Assembly: GCA_965371515.1 (NCBI GenBank)
Contig: CBDUYR010000039.1
Span: forward strand, 1 to 26,402
From: an uncultured bacterium
GTDB taxonomy: Bacteria; Krumholzibacteriota; Krumholzibacteriia; Krumholzibacteriales; Krumholzibacteriaceae
DNA: 26,402 nt
Direction: 5' to 3'
Shown here: positions 1-7,743 of the stretch, piece after piece
How the letters are laid out: every line of letters starts with the position of its first letter
Numbering within the stretch: position 1 is the stretch's first letter
The notes under the pieces: generated by a model
Told to the model about the DNA's origin: nothing
What the model saw: the letters and a program-made list of their open reading frames with translations, nothing else
Databases searched by the model: none
Program-made: the position numbers and the translations under genes

Positions 1-1577
1 TCGACCGACGCGGGGTTGACCTGCGTGATCTCGTCGGTGGTAACGTTGAGCTCGGTAGGATCGTTCCCCGAGACCGCGTTGACTACGGCCAGGTAGGGGC
101 CTCCGGCAACGGCGTCGCCCGGAATGGTGATGCGGACGATGAAGTCCTGCACCACGCCGGGGTTGATCGTACCGACATCGGGGATCCCGTCCGTGCCCGT
201 ATCGTTCAGGGGGGTGACCCCGTCGATACGGAAGAACTGGATGCCGAAGCCCGCGGGGAAGGTCGAGGAACCGGCGTCTAGGACGATGTTGATCTCGTCC
301 GCGGCGTTGCCATCGTTCCTGACAGTGTTGATAAAGTCGACCGTCTGGTTCGCGTAGGCAACGGCAACGGCCTGGGAATCGTCATCATACAGAGGAGCCG
401 TTCCCGCGTCGGGCACGCCGTTCGTACCTACGAGAACATTTGCCAGGACATTCACGTCGATCTGCGTGTTGTTCGTCGTGACGATGGTCGGATCGGGCGT
501 GCCGGCATTGTTGTCTACAAATGCAACAGCGCCGTCATTGTTGATGATACCGGCGGGCATCGTCGAAGGAACGAGCACGTCATAGGTGAAATTGTAGTTC
601 TGGCCGATAGCCAGGCCACCGGTGGTGAGATAGGCTATAGCTATGTCGCCGGCCGCGGCACCGCCTACCCAGGCCCACATCTCGGGCGCACCAACCGTCG
701 CGCTTCCGGTGGGCAGGTACAGGAAGATGCCCGCGGGAGCACCGGCGGGAATGCCGGTGAGAGCCAGCGGACTACCCGTCGAAGGGTCGGTCGGGAGAAT
801 GTCGTATATAAGGACGCCTGTCAGGGCCATCGAAGCGACGGTGACGCCGTTCGCGACATCATTACCGACATTCTGGCCGGTGACCGTGTAGGTGGCCACA
901 TTGCCCGGATCGATGGCGGCCGGAAGGCCGGTCATCGTCGCGGTCAGAACGGCATCGCTCACGACGTCGGTCTGATGATAATTGTCCGTGTCTACCTGCG
1001 CAACGTCGCCGACCGAAGTGGCCTCGATGCCGACATAGGCGACCTCACCGGCAGCCGCCAGCGCGGGCACCTGGTATTCGATCAGGAGTAGTAACGTCGT
1101 GCCGGCAGCTATCGGACCGATGTTGCCCGGCACTCCGCCGGCGGAGATGACGGGCTCGCCGCCATCGAGCACTCCGTTACCGTTGACATCGTGGTAGATG
1201 TCGATATCGCCCAGCCCGAGCGTCATCGTCGTGGCCGGATCGATAAGGGGCTCGATCGTGAAGTTGTCGAAATCGTTACCCGTGTTGGTGAGATTGTAGC
1301 TGTAGTATATCGTCTGTCCGGGTATCGCCGTTCCGACCATTCCCGGCGCTGCCGCGGTACCGTCCGGAAGGACCGATACCCCGTATACCGGGAGCACGAT
1401 CGTGGTGACCTCGTTAGAGGTCGCCATGTAAGTGTTGCCGGAGAGATCCTCGAACGTGGCCGAAGCCTGGTTCCGGATCGTCGTCCCGGCAGGCGTCTGG
1501 GCGTGAGCGGCCGACGATACGAGCACGAGCGCGATCGCCAGGACCGTCAACAGCCCGGCTGACTTTCTGAAAGCCAT
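1..1577 (-). CDS. Large secreted DUF11/Ig-like repeat surface protein (3' end outside the window)
   Basis: Manually translated open frame from ATG 1577 (alternative 1589) to the window edge with no stop. Signal peptide MAFRKSAGLLTVLAIALVLVSSAAHA, then QTPAGTTIRNQASATF. DUF11-like motifs PGQTIYYSYNLTNTGN, PGNVATYTVTGQNVGN and NQTVDFINTVRNDGN; Ca-binding-like loops DVNGNGVLDGGE and DGVTPLNDTGTDGIPD. Absent from the ORF track because it has no stop. Confidence 0.85.
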   Translation of the reverse strand, partial: MAFRKSAGLLTVLAIALVLVSSAAHAQTPAGTTIRNQASATFEDLSGNTYMATSNEVTTIVLPVYGVSVLPDGTAAAPGMVGTAIPGQTIYYSYNLTNTGNDFDNFTIEPLIDPATTMTLGLGDIDIYHDVNGNGVLDGGEPVISAGGVPGNIGPIAAGTTLLLLIEYQVPALAAAGEVAYVGIEATSVGDVAQVDTDNYHQTDVVSDAVLTATMTGLPAAIDPGNVATYTVTGQNVGNDVANGVTVASMALTGVLIYDILPTDPSTGSPLALTGIPAGAPAGIFLYLPTGSATVGAPEMWAWVGGAAAGDIAIAYLTTGGLAIGQNYNFTYDVLVPSTMPAGIINNDGAVAFVDNNAGTPDPTIVTTNNTQIDVNVLANVLVGTNGVPDAGTAPLYDDDSQAVAVAYANQTVDFINTVRNDGNAADEINIVLDAGSSTFPAGFGIQFFRIDGVTPLNDTGTDGIPDVGTINPGVVQDFIVRITIPGDAVAGGPYLAVVNAVSGNDPTELNVTTDEITQVNPASV

Positions 1578-1675
1578 ACCTGTCACCATCCTTCCGCCCC
1601 CCATAAGGAGAGCATCCTCACGGAACTATCCCCTCGCGGGGAGCTTGAAAACGAAACTTCTGAAGCCTCAGGGGC

Positions 1676-2167
1676 CTACTTCACATGGACGCGGTAGCTG
1701 ACCATGATCTCTTCCCCGACGCCGAGGTTCCCCGCGAGCGACCACTTGACATGAGTGATCATCTCGGGATCGGCCTTTCTCTTCTCGACCGTCCCGTCCT
1801 TGCGGGCCACCTCGATGATTACCGGGGCCTCGTGCCAGGTCTTGCCCTGATCGATGCTGTACATGGGGGTGAGCCCGGAAATGTCGGTGGCTGTCTCTTC
1901 GATGTAGACCGTTCCGGCCGGAACGGGCCCGATCAGGTCGACCCCGGCCGCCGTTGCGGTTCCGGCGTTCGTGTACTTAAGCGTGTACTCGACCGTATCG
2001 TTCGGGTAGACCTTCTCGGCCGACAGAGCGATTTCGCCCTTTTCCTCGTCGACGACGATCTTCGCGGCCAGCATCTCGCCCTTGAGCTCGGGGCCCTGGG
2101 CAAAAGCCGAACCGGCGGAGACGGCGGCGAAGAGGAGAAGGATCGCTACCGAAAGACTCCTTCTCAT
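1676..2167 (-). CDS. Secreted single DUF11 (conserved repeat) domain protein
   Basis: SD GGAGG upstream of ATG 2167; signal peptide ending AFA-Q; motifs VYPNDTVEYTLKYTNAG, GPVPAGTVYI, YSIDQGKTW, THVKW; ends YRVHVK. Confidence 0.85.
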   Translation of the reverse strand: MRRSLSVAILLLFAAVSAGSAFAQGPELKGEMLAAKIVVDEEKGEIALSAEKVYPNDTVEYTLKYTNAGTATAAGVDLIGPVPAGTVYIEETATDISGLTPMYSIDQGKTWHEAPVIIEVARKDGTVEKRKADPEMITHVKWSLAGNLGVGEEIMVSYRVHVK

Positions 2168-2309
2168 CAGGCTGTCCTCCTTTTTTTCCTCCAGCTCGAA
2201 TGGAGTTAGCACGCGGTGATGCGCTGACATCTCGATTATGGAGGTCTGGTATTAAGATCCACGTTCCGCCTGGAGGCGGTCGCGGAAAACTCCTACGGCC
2301 GGGGCATAG

Positions 2310-2326
2310 CGCAATTGATATGCCGA
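2310..2326 (-). promoter_or_regulatory. Putative sigma54 (-24/-12) promoter of the DUF11 operon
   Basis: Minus strand reads TCGGCATATCAATTGCG: GG-N10-GC with GGCA and TTGC cores, about 140 nt upstream of ATG 2167. Confidence 0.6.
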
Positions 2327-2489
2327 AACAGGCCGATTCCGACCGTTCTGACGGGAAACAGGGGAATCCCCCCAAGGGGATATCCCCGGTTCGGCGAGAC
2401 CAACCTGTTGTATTAGTGGAAGTTAAGCGGCGAAGGAACAGGAAGGCACGACAGGGAACTACAAGGAACAACGGGGAAGCGGGTGGAAT

Positions 2490-2517
2490 AAAAAACGGCC
2501 CCCGCGATGGGGGCCGT
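2490..2517 (-). terminator. Intrinsic terminator after the YHS lipoprotein gene
   Basis: Minus strand ACGGCCCCC-ATCGC-GGGGGCCGT followed by a T run. Confidence 0.8.
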
Positions 2518-2579
2518 GGCTGAAATCCATTCACTGACCTGTCAAAATGCGAATTACGTCAGGACCGGACGTGCCTCTG

Positions 2580-2849
2580 TCACCTGGACAGGTATTTATC
2601 GGGGTTCTTTTTGAACGCCTCGTAGTTTTCTTTGCTGTTGAAGCGATACTCGACACGATTGTAGACGTAGGCGTACTTCGACTCCTCGAAATTCTCGATT
2701 CTGCTCCCATCGACAGGATCGGAGAGAAAGACCTGGTTCACGGTGCCTTCCTGCGTCGTAGTCGAATTCTCGTCGCTCTGAGGCTTGTTGCCGCATCCGA
2801 ACGATGCGAAAAGAGCAAGTGCGAGACAGATAACAAGCAGCTTCTTCAT
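2580..2849 (-). CDS. YHS/TRASH-like domain lipoprotein (cysteine-less variant)
   Basis: Lipobox ASFGC; YHS-like pattern DPVDG...YVYNRVEYRFNSKENYEAFKKNPDKY; SD GGAGG. Confidence 0.75.
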   Translation of the reverse strand: MKKLLVICLALALFASFGCGNKPQSDENSTTTQEGTVNQVFLSDPVDGSRIENFEESKYAYVYNRVEYRFNSKENYEAFKKNPDKYLSR

Positions 2850-2885
2850 TGATATACCTCCATATCACGTTGTTCGGGCACGGCG

Positions 2886-2914
2886 AAGATAACAAATTTG
2901 CTGCCGGCGGTCAA
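2886..2914 (-). promoter_or_regulatory. Putative sigma70 promoter of the YHS lipoprotein gene
   Basis: Minus strand TTGACC-N17-TATCTT. Confidence 0.55.
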
Positions 2915-2982
2915 GCACACCGCCGGGGGAGGACCAGCTCGTCAAGACGGCCGAGGCCCCAGGCGCTTGACGCCATAGCGTG

Positions 2983-3009
2983 AAAAGGCCCGGCTCAAAC
3001 AGCCGGGCC
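2983..3009 (-). terminator. Intrinsic terminator after the DUF3996-like gene
   Basis: Minus strand GGCCCGGCT-GTTTG-AGCCGGGCC-TTTT. Confidence 0.75.
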
Positions 3010-3037
3010 CCGGATATTCATTTTATAACGAGCGGCC

Positions 3038-3547
3038 CTAGAAGTAGAAACGGCCCCCGATACCGCCATTTATATCGAAGTCGGACGACGGCGCGAGATC
3101 GAGGATCGGAACGATCTCAACGAATACAGCGAGTGGCAGGTCATCGAAGTAGTACTCGATTCCGATCGGGAACCTGATGCCGATATTGTCGTCCGCGTCG
3201 TCCCGGAACAGCATCCTGGCCCCGATACCGAAGTAGAGGGGCAGCGCTCCCTTGCTGACATTAAAAACGCCGAGTCTGTGGAAGAGATAATCGCCGTGAA
3301 TATGGAAATGTCCGTTCCCCGAGAACGACCAGGCTAGCCCGAGGTCGAAAGCGGTATTGTTCGATGTCCAGAACTTTGCGCTCAGTCCGGTCGGCTCTCC
3401 GAGGATCACTCCCAGGCCTATATTTCCATGATTGAAGCTCTTCGACGGCGTGGTGGCGCCCGCCGTATCATCCTGCGCAACGGCGGTGGAAAACACCGAG
3501 GCCACGCAGAAAACAGCGATCAGCGCTGCAGGGAGTACTTTCTTCAT
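3038..3547 (-). CDS. Small outer-membrane beta-barrel protein, DUF3996-like
   Basis: Signal peptide (AVA-Q); GLGVILGEPTGLSAKFW motif; amphipathic strands; C-terminal GGRFYF barrel signal. Start may be 3553. Confidence 0.75.
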   Translation of the reverse strand: MKKVLPAALIAVFCVASVFSTAVAQDDTAGATTPSKSFNHGNIGLGVILGEPTGLSAKFWTSNNTAFDLGLAWSFSGNGHFHIHGDYLFHRLGVFNVSKGALPLYFGIGARMLFRDDADDNIGIRFPIGIEYYFDDLPLAVFVEIVPILDLAPSSDFDINGGIGGRFYF

Positions 3548-3556
3548 AATCATCCT

Positions 3557-4087
3557 CTACCCTTTCTTTCTTCCGGCAATAAACCGGTAAGACGGTGAAA
3601 ACAGTACTGCAACCAAGAACACGAGTAAAATGGTGTCCTCGATCAGTTTCTTCCATGCATATGTGGGGCCGAATCCGCAGCCGCAGTCAAAGTAGATCTG
3701 CCTGAGCGGAGTCCCCTCGGCGGCCATTATACCAACAGTCCTGTATGAGATGACAACGATAAAAATGATGGTCATCGCGGTAAGAATCAACGCGGCGCCT
3801 CTCATGAAGATCCCCGTGAGCAGAGCGAGGCCGCAGAGCATCTCGATCCACGGGAGGACTATCGCAATCAGGTAGAGAATGAAGCCCGGCCCGATGACGC
3901 CGTACATCCCTATCTCATCGGCGAAGAGCAGAGGTTTGCCGATCTTCTGCAGGGCTGCGTAGATGAAGACCGCTGCCAGCACTACGCGGAAGGCGAGCAG
4001 AAGAAGCTGCCGGCGCCTTGAGTCGCCGGGGATCTCGAAAAGCAGACCGGGAAGTCCGCCGTAGCCCGTATCCGCCTGCCGGCTCAT
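3557..4087 (-). CDS. MauE/DoxX family membrane protein
   Basis: RVVLAAVFIYAALQK, LPWIEMLCGLALLTG and DCGCGFG motifs; four hydrophobic segments; ATGA overlap with the rhodanese stop; SD GGAGGAGG. Confidence 0.85.
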   Translation of the reverse strand: MSRQADTGYGGLPGLLFEIPGDSRRRQLLLLAFRVVLAAVFIYAALQKIGKPLLFADEIGMYGVIGPGFILYLIAIVLPWIEMLCGLALLTGIFMRGAALILTAMTIIFIVVISYRTVGIMAAEGTPLRQIYFDCGCGFGPTYAWKKLIEDTILLVFLVAVLFSPSYRFIAGRKKG

Positions 4088-4611
4088 TCCCATGCCTCCT
4101 CCGGTCCGTGCTCGAGTGTCAGCCCTGTCTCCGTCCATTCATCCAGGCCCCCCTTGAAGACGCACAGTTTAGTGTATCCCATGTTGTAGAGCTCGCGCGC
4201 GAGCATCTCGGAGTCGTCGCACGCTGGCCCGCTGCAGTAGATGCCTATCCTTTCCTCGGGGTTCAGGCGCGGAAGGACCGTCTCGAAGTACCTTCCCATC
4301 TCGAAGTAGTCGCAGAGTATGGCTCCGGGGATATGACCGGATTCGTAGTCATCGGACGTCCGGGCGTCGATTATGGGATACCCGGCATCGACTATCTCGC
4401 GGAATTCCTTGAACGAGACATAGCAGATCCCGTCGTGATCTTCCGGATCGGTCTCCCCCAGAGACTTGTCGCCGTTGTCGTAAACGGGAACGTCCCCGAG
4501 CTTCCGGAACGGGTCGATCCCGTTGGCCGAGAAGCCGTTGTGGACCAGCCCGGCGACCGTCCCCAGAAGGACCAGGGCCGCGGCCTGCGCTATAGCTCTT
4601 TTCATTTTCAT
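4084..4611 (-). CDS. Membrane-anchored/exported rhodanese-domain protein
   Basis: N-terminal hydrophobic anchor; IIDART...YESGHIPGA; active loop YCSGPACDDS; FKGGLDEW. Start 4611 or 4605. Confidence 0.9.
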   Translation of the reverse strand: MKMKRAIAQAAALVLLGTVAGLVHNGFSANGIDPFRKLGDVPVYDNGDKSLGETDPEDHDGICYVSFKEFREIVDAGYPIIDARTSDDYESGHIPGAILCDYFEMGRYFETVLPRLNPEERIGIYCSGPACDDSEMLARELYNMGYTKLCVFKGGLDEWTETGLTLEHGPEEAWE

Positions 4612-4621
4612 AACGGCAGTC

Positions 4622-4650
4622 AATATACATCCGGAAAAGGTTAAAATCAA
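4622..4650 (-). promoter_or_regulatory. Putative sigma70 promoter of the rhodanese-MauE-DUF3996 operon
   Basis: Minus strand TTGATT-N17-TATATT, ending 10 nt before ATG 4611. Confidence 0.5.
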
Positions 4651-4802
4651 TGATCCTCGAAAGGATAAATTACATCTGACTGTTACACCCGCGGCGTCGC
4701 GATTCGCCGCCCTTTCTTCATCTTCCCTGTTGAAAGCGTGGTGGCGTGTCCAATACAATACCCGGGAGACGACCGGCCCCTATCCCCCTACATGGAGAGA
4801 CA

Positions 4803-5801
4803 ATGGCGTCAGACAACGGAAAATCCGCGAAGTTCGAGATGGAATACCGGGCCGTCGATCTCTCATGCCTCGAGCTCGGCAGAGGAGCAGCATTCAGATT
4901 CAGGTGGAAACTTCCCGGCGAGGAGGGCAGCGGAGACTCCGACACTGTGCTGACTGGATCAGTCGGGACCCTCGGGATCATATCGCCGCCGATTCTCGCC
5001 GATACCGGAGAGGCTCTCGAGGTCGTCTCGGGATTCAGGAGACTCGCCGCGGCACGCGAGGCAGGACTCGAAGATGCTTCGGCCTTCATATTCAATGCGC
5101 GGAAAGAGGGTCCGGCAGCGGTCCTTCCCTTATGGCTGGAATCGTCGCTTCATGGCGAGCCACTCTCCGAGATGGACAAAATCACGCTCACGGCAAAGAC
5201 ATCCGCAATCGCGGACAAACGTCTCCCCGATTTCCTTTCGTACCTTTCCAGGATTTTCGGCAGAAACATCACTGTCGATCTCGCCGGCAGGCTCGCCGGC
5301 CTGGCGGAGCTCGACGGCGATGCGTGCGAGGCGATCCACGAGGGAAAAATATCTTCCGGCGATATGCTTCAGCTCGGTTCGCATCCCGGCATCGATATCG
5401 GAATCGCTGCCGGCCTGCTTGCGGGAAGCGGGCTGAGCAGGAGCGCCCGGCGCGAAGCGGTACGCGGGATGCTCCGTCTCGCCGACCGCGGAGCGGATGC
5501 CTTCGGGGAATTCGCCGGGCATTACGACCCGGACAGCATGCCGCTCGACGAGGCGGTAAGGAGCCTGACACATCCGCACATGAAGGAAGACGCCGCCTTC
5601 ATACTACGTATGATAGAAGAGATAGGCCTTCCGCCCGGAACATCGATCCACCTTCCGGGGAACCTCGAGGGCGGGAACTGCACGGTCGAGATCAGGATGC
5701 GCGACGAGGATGTGCTGCGCCTTTCTCTCGACCGGCTCCGGGAGGCGCTCGAGGACGGACTGGTCGAGGAGATACTCGGGGTACTGCACGGGAGAAATTG
5801 A
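4803..5801 (+). CDS. ParB/sulfiredoxin N-terminal domain protein
   Basis: SVGTLGIISPPIL and VVSGFRRLAAA (ParB GxxR box), followed by a helical region; SD GGAGA before ATG 4803; candidate promoter TTGAAA-N18-TACAAT at 4730-4759. Confidence 0.75.
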   Translation: MASDNGKSAKFEMEYRAVDLSCLELGRGAAFRFRWKLPGEEGSGDSDTVLTGSVGTLGIISPPILADTGEALEVVSGFRRLAAAREAGLEDASAFIFNARKEGPAAVLPLWLESSLHGEPLSEMDKITLTAKTSAIADKRLPDFLSYLSRIFGRNITVDLAGRLAGLAELDGDACEAIHEGKISSGDMLQLGSHPGIDIGIAAGLLAGSGLSRSARREAVRGMLRLADRGADAFGEFAGHYDPDSMPLDEAVRSLTHPHMKEDAAFILRMIEEIGLPPGTSIHLPGNLEGGNCTVEIRMRDEDVLRLSLDRLREALEDGLVEEILGVLHGRN

Positions 5802-5811
5802 GAGCGGGATA

Positions 5812-5930
5812 GAGGGGGTGCGTACTGGGCTGAGCGTTCCGGGTATTCAGTCAGTGTTCAACTGAACATCGCACCCCCTCAATATTTTACAGACCCCCGG
5901 CGCCGGGGTCATTCCTTCTGTTGTTTCCTG
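5812..5930. ncRNA. Candidate structured non-coding RNA or 3'UTR element
   Basis: Perfect 11-bp stem GAGGGGGTGCG (5812-5822) / CGCACCCCCTC (5870-5880) enclosing two inner hairpins; a further GC hairpin at 5892-5910; an ECF-type promoter on the minus strand points into it. Confidence 0.35.
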
Positions 5931-5938
5931 TATTAAGA

Positions 5939-5965
5939 TACGCCGGCGGGACCAGTATTGTTACA
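5939..5965 (-). promoter_or_regulatory. Putative ECF sigma promoter (SigW-like)
   Basis: Minus strand TGTAAC-N17-CGTA, closely matching the TGAAAC-N17-CGTA element at 24138-24164. Confidence 0.5.
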
Positions 5966-5975
5966 TCTTCCGATG

Positions 5976-6004
5976 AAAAGGGGGCGGCTGCGGGCCGCCC
6001 CCTT
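5976..6004 (-). terminator. Intrinsic terminator after the TPR lipoprotein gene
   Basis: Minus strand AAGGGGGCGGC-CCGCA-GCCGCCCCCTT-TT. Confidence 0.8.
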
Positions 6005-6036
6005 CGATGATGTCTTTCCTGCCGCAGCCGGGCGCC

Positions 6037-7557
6037 CTATTCGACGAATCTCGGCTTCAAGTCCTTGCCCTCCCATTTCTCGATGAGCTCGAGCATCTTT
6101 CCGGCGTCGGGATCGTCGGGGACCAGGGCGAGATACTTTTCATACCATCTCGCCGCGACCAGATCCATGTGGAAATTCCATGCGAGATCGCCCAGTTTCT
6201 TGAAGGCCCAGGGCATGTCGCGCGCCACCCTGTCCCTGTCGAGCTGGACGAGGTCCTCCAGGGTGCTGTACATCCTCCTCGTATTATCGAGCTCCTCGAA
6301 CGCCCGGTAGAGGACAGTCCTGACGGCGAAATCCTTCGGCCTCTTCGCCGCTACATCGATGAGTATATCCACGGCCTGCTGGTAAAGACCAGCCTGCGTG
6401 TAAAAGAGGCCCCACTGGTACTCCATCTCGACTACGGGGAGTATCTTATTCAGGTCGGAGGTCTCGAGGAGTGCCTCGCCAGCGTTTATTCGACCGTTCG
6501 CCCCGAGAACCCTCGCAAGCTGGAAAAAGCCCCTCATGTATGCCGAATCAATGCCGTACGCCCTGACCATCGCCTCGCGGCACTCCTCTCCCTTGTCGAG
6601 GAATCCGAGAGCTACCGCGTGCGAGAAGTGCAGTCCCGCATCGTACGGGTGGGACCTGGCGAGGCCCGCGTAGAGGGCCGCCGCTTCCCCGTAATGCCCT
6701 TCGGTCAGCGCCTTCTCGGCCTGTATCATCAGATTGTACTTCTCGGGCACGGGGCCTTCGAGAAGCGAGGGGTCTGTGAGAACCTCCTCGATGACATCGG
6801 CGTAATACCTGATATCGAGCGGCGCCGTCTGGCTTATGGAAGCGCGGTTGATCGTGGCCATCACGGCCGTGATCCTCTTGCGCTTCAGGACCCTGAGGAA
6901 ATTGAGCAGCGCGGCCGTGCCGGGCCGGTAATCGGCCGAAACGGCCTTCAGCCCCGCGAAATATGAGAGGTCGATGTCGATCAGCGCGATCTCGCCGGCC
7001 GTTTCCAGGTCCTCGAGGCTCGTCACCGTGAGCGGCACACCCGCGATCTTGCCGGTGATATGCTTTCCCGATACCGCGAAGTCCTCGAGCTCACTCGCAG
7101 GAAAGCCGCGTTTCATCATGAGCACCTGCTTGAAGTTCTCGAGCGGAAGATCGGTCACCGAACCCGGGGAGGGGATGATCCAGATGACCCGCCCGTACAT
7201 CCCGGCCTTCATGCCGATGTTGACCGTCCCTCCCTTCTCGATGATCGTCGCGATCCTGTTGACTACTTCGGAGTTCTTCCTCGCGAGGTGGTCTGCGGTG
7301 TTCTTTATCGTCTCGTGAAGAGACGTCGAAAATATCGCCACGTCGTCGGTCCCGTCGATATGGACCAGAACGTCTGCCCTGGCCCCCGCGTCGGCCCACG
7401 CCATAAGTGTCTGGGCATTGCTCTCGGTCTTGACCACGTCGCGCAGCGGCTTCTCGAGCACGACGGAGGATTTCCGCCCGCACCCCGCCGCCGCAAGAGC
7501 CAGCACGGCCGCGAGAGCCGCCAGACACCTGCCATGTATCATCGTCGATCTCATCAT
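6037..7557 (-). CDS. Lipoprotein with a UPF0489/arginase-like N-terminal domain and C-terminal TPR repeats
   Basis: Lipobox LAAAGC; VLVHIDGTDD and ALIDIDLSYF resemble the UPF0489/ureohydrolase motifs; TPR helices such as AARWYEKYLALVPDDPDA; SD GGAGGA; extended -10 TGTTACAAT at 7596-7604. Start 7557 or 7554. Confidence 0.7.
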   Translation of the reverse strand: MMRSTMIHGRCLAALAAVLALAAAGCGRKSSVVLEKPLRDVVKTESNAQTLMAWADAGARADVLVHIDGTDDVAIFSTSLHETIKNTADHLARKNSEVVNRIATIIEKGGTVNIGMKAGMYGRVIWIIPSPGSVTDLPLENFKQVLMMKRGFPASELEDFAVSGKHITGKIAGVPLTVTSLEDLETAGEIALIDIDLSYFAGLKAVSADYRPGTAALLNFLRVLKRKRITAVMATINRASISQTAPLDIRYYADVIEEVLTDPSLLEGPVPEKYNLMIQAEKALTEGHYGEAAALYAGLARSHPYDAGLHFSHAVALGFLDKGEECREAMVRAYGIDSAYMRGFFQLARVLGANGRINAGEALLETSDLNKILPVVEMEYQWGLFYTQAGLYQQAVDILIDVAAKRPKDFAVRTVLYRAFEELDNTRRMYSTLEDLVQLDRDRVARDMPWAFKKLGDLAWNFHMDLVAARWYEKYLALVPDDPDAGKMLELIEKWEGKDLKPRFVE

Positions 7558-7743
7558 TCCTCCATGATTTTCGTATGGAACATCTTCACTCCGGTATTGT
7601 AACATCTTTCCGCCCCTTTCCCAAACCGATTGAGCCCGGCAGCCGCCTCATCGTCCGCTTGACACTGCGGGCCGGCGGCTGTAATCTGGATTCCTGCGGC
7701 CCGGGACGGCCGGTCGCCCTGTCGATTGAAAAGGAGATACGAG

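Noticed and set aside
2168..2300. DUF11 operon leader as a possible c-di-GMP riboswitch
   Set aside because: Only small hairpins are present; no GEMM-type GGCAAA/GAAA/GCAAAG pattern was seen.
5954..7607. Near-identical GTATTGT(T/A)ACATCTT on both sides of the TPR gene, like att sites or a target duplication
   Set aside because: Each copy is explained as a promoter element (ECF -35 and extended -10), and there is no integrase or transposase nearby.
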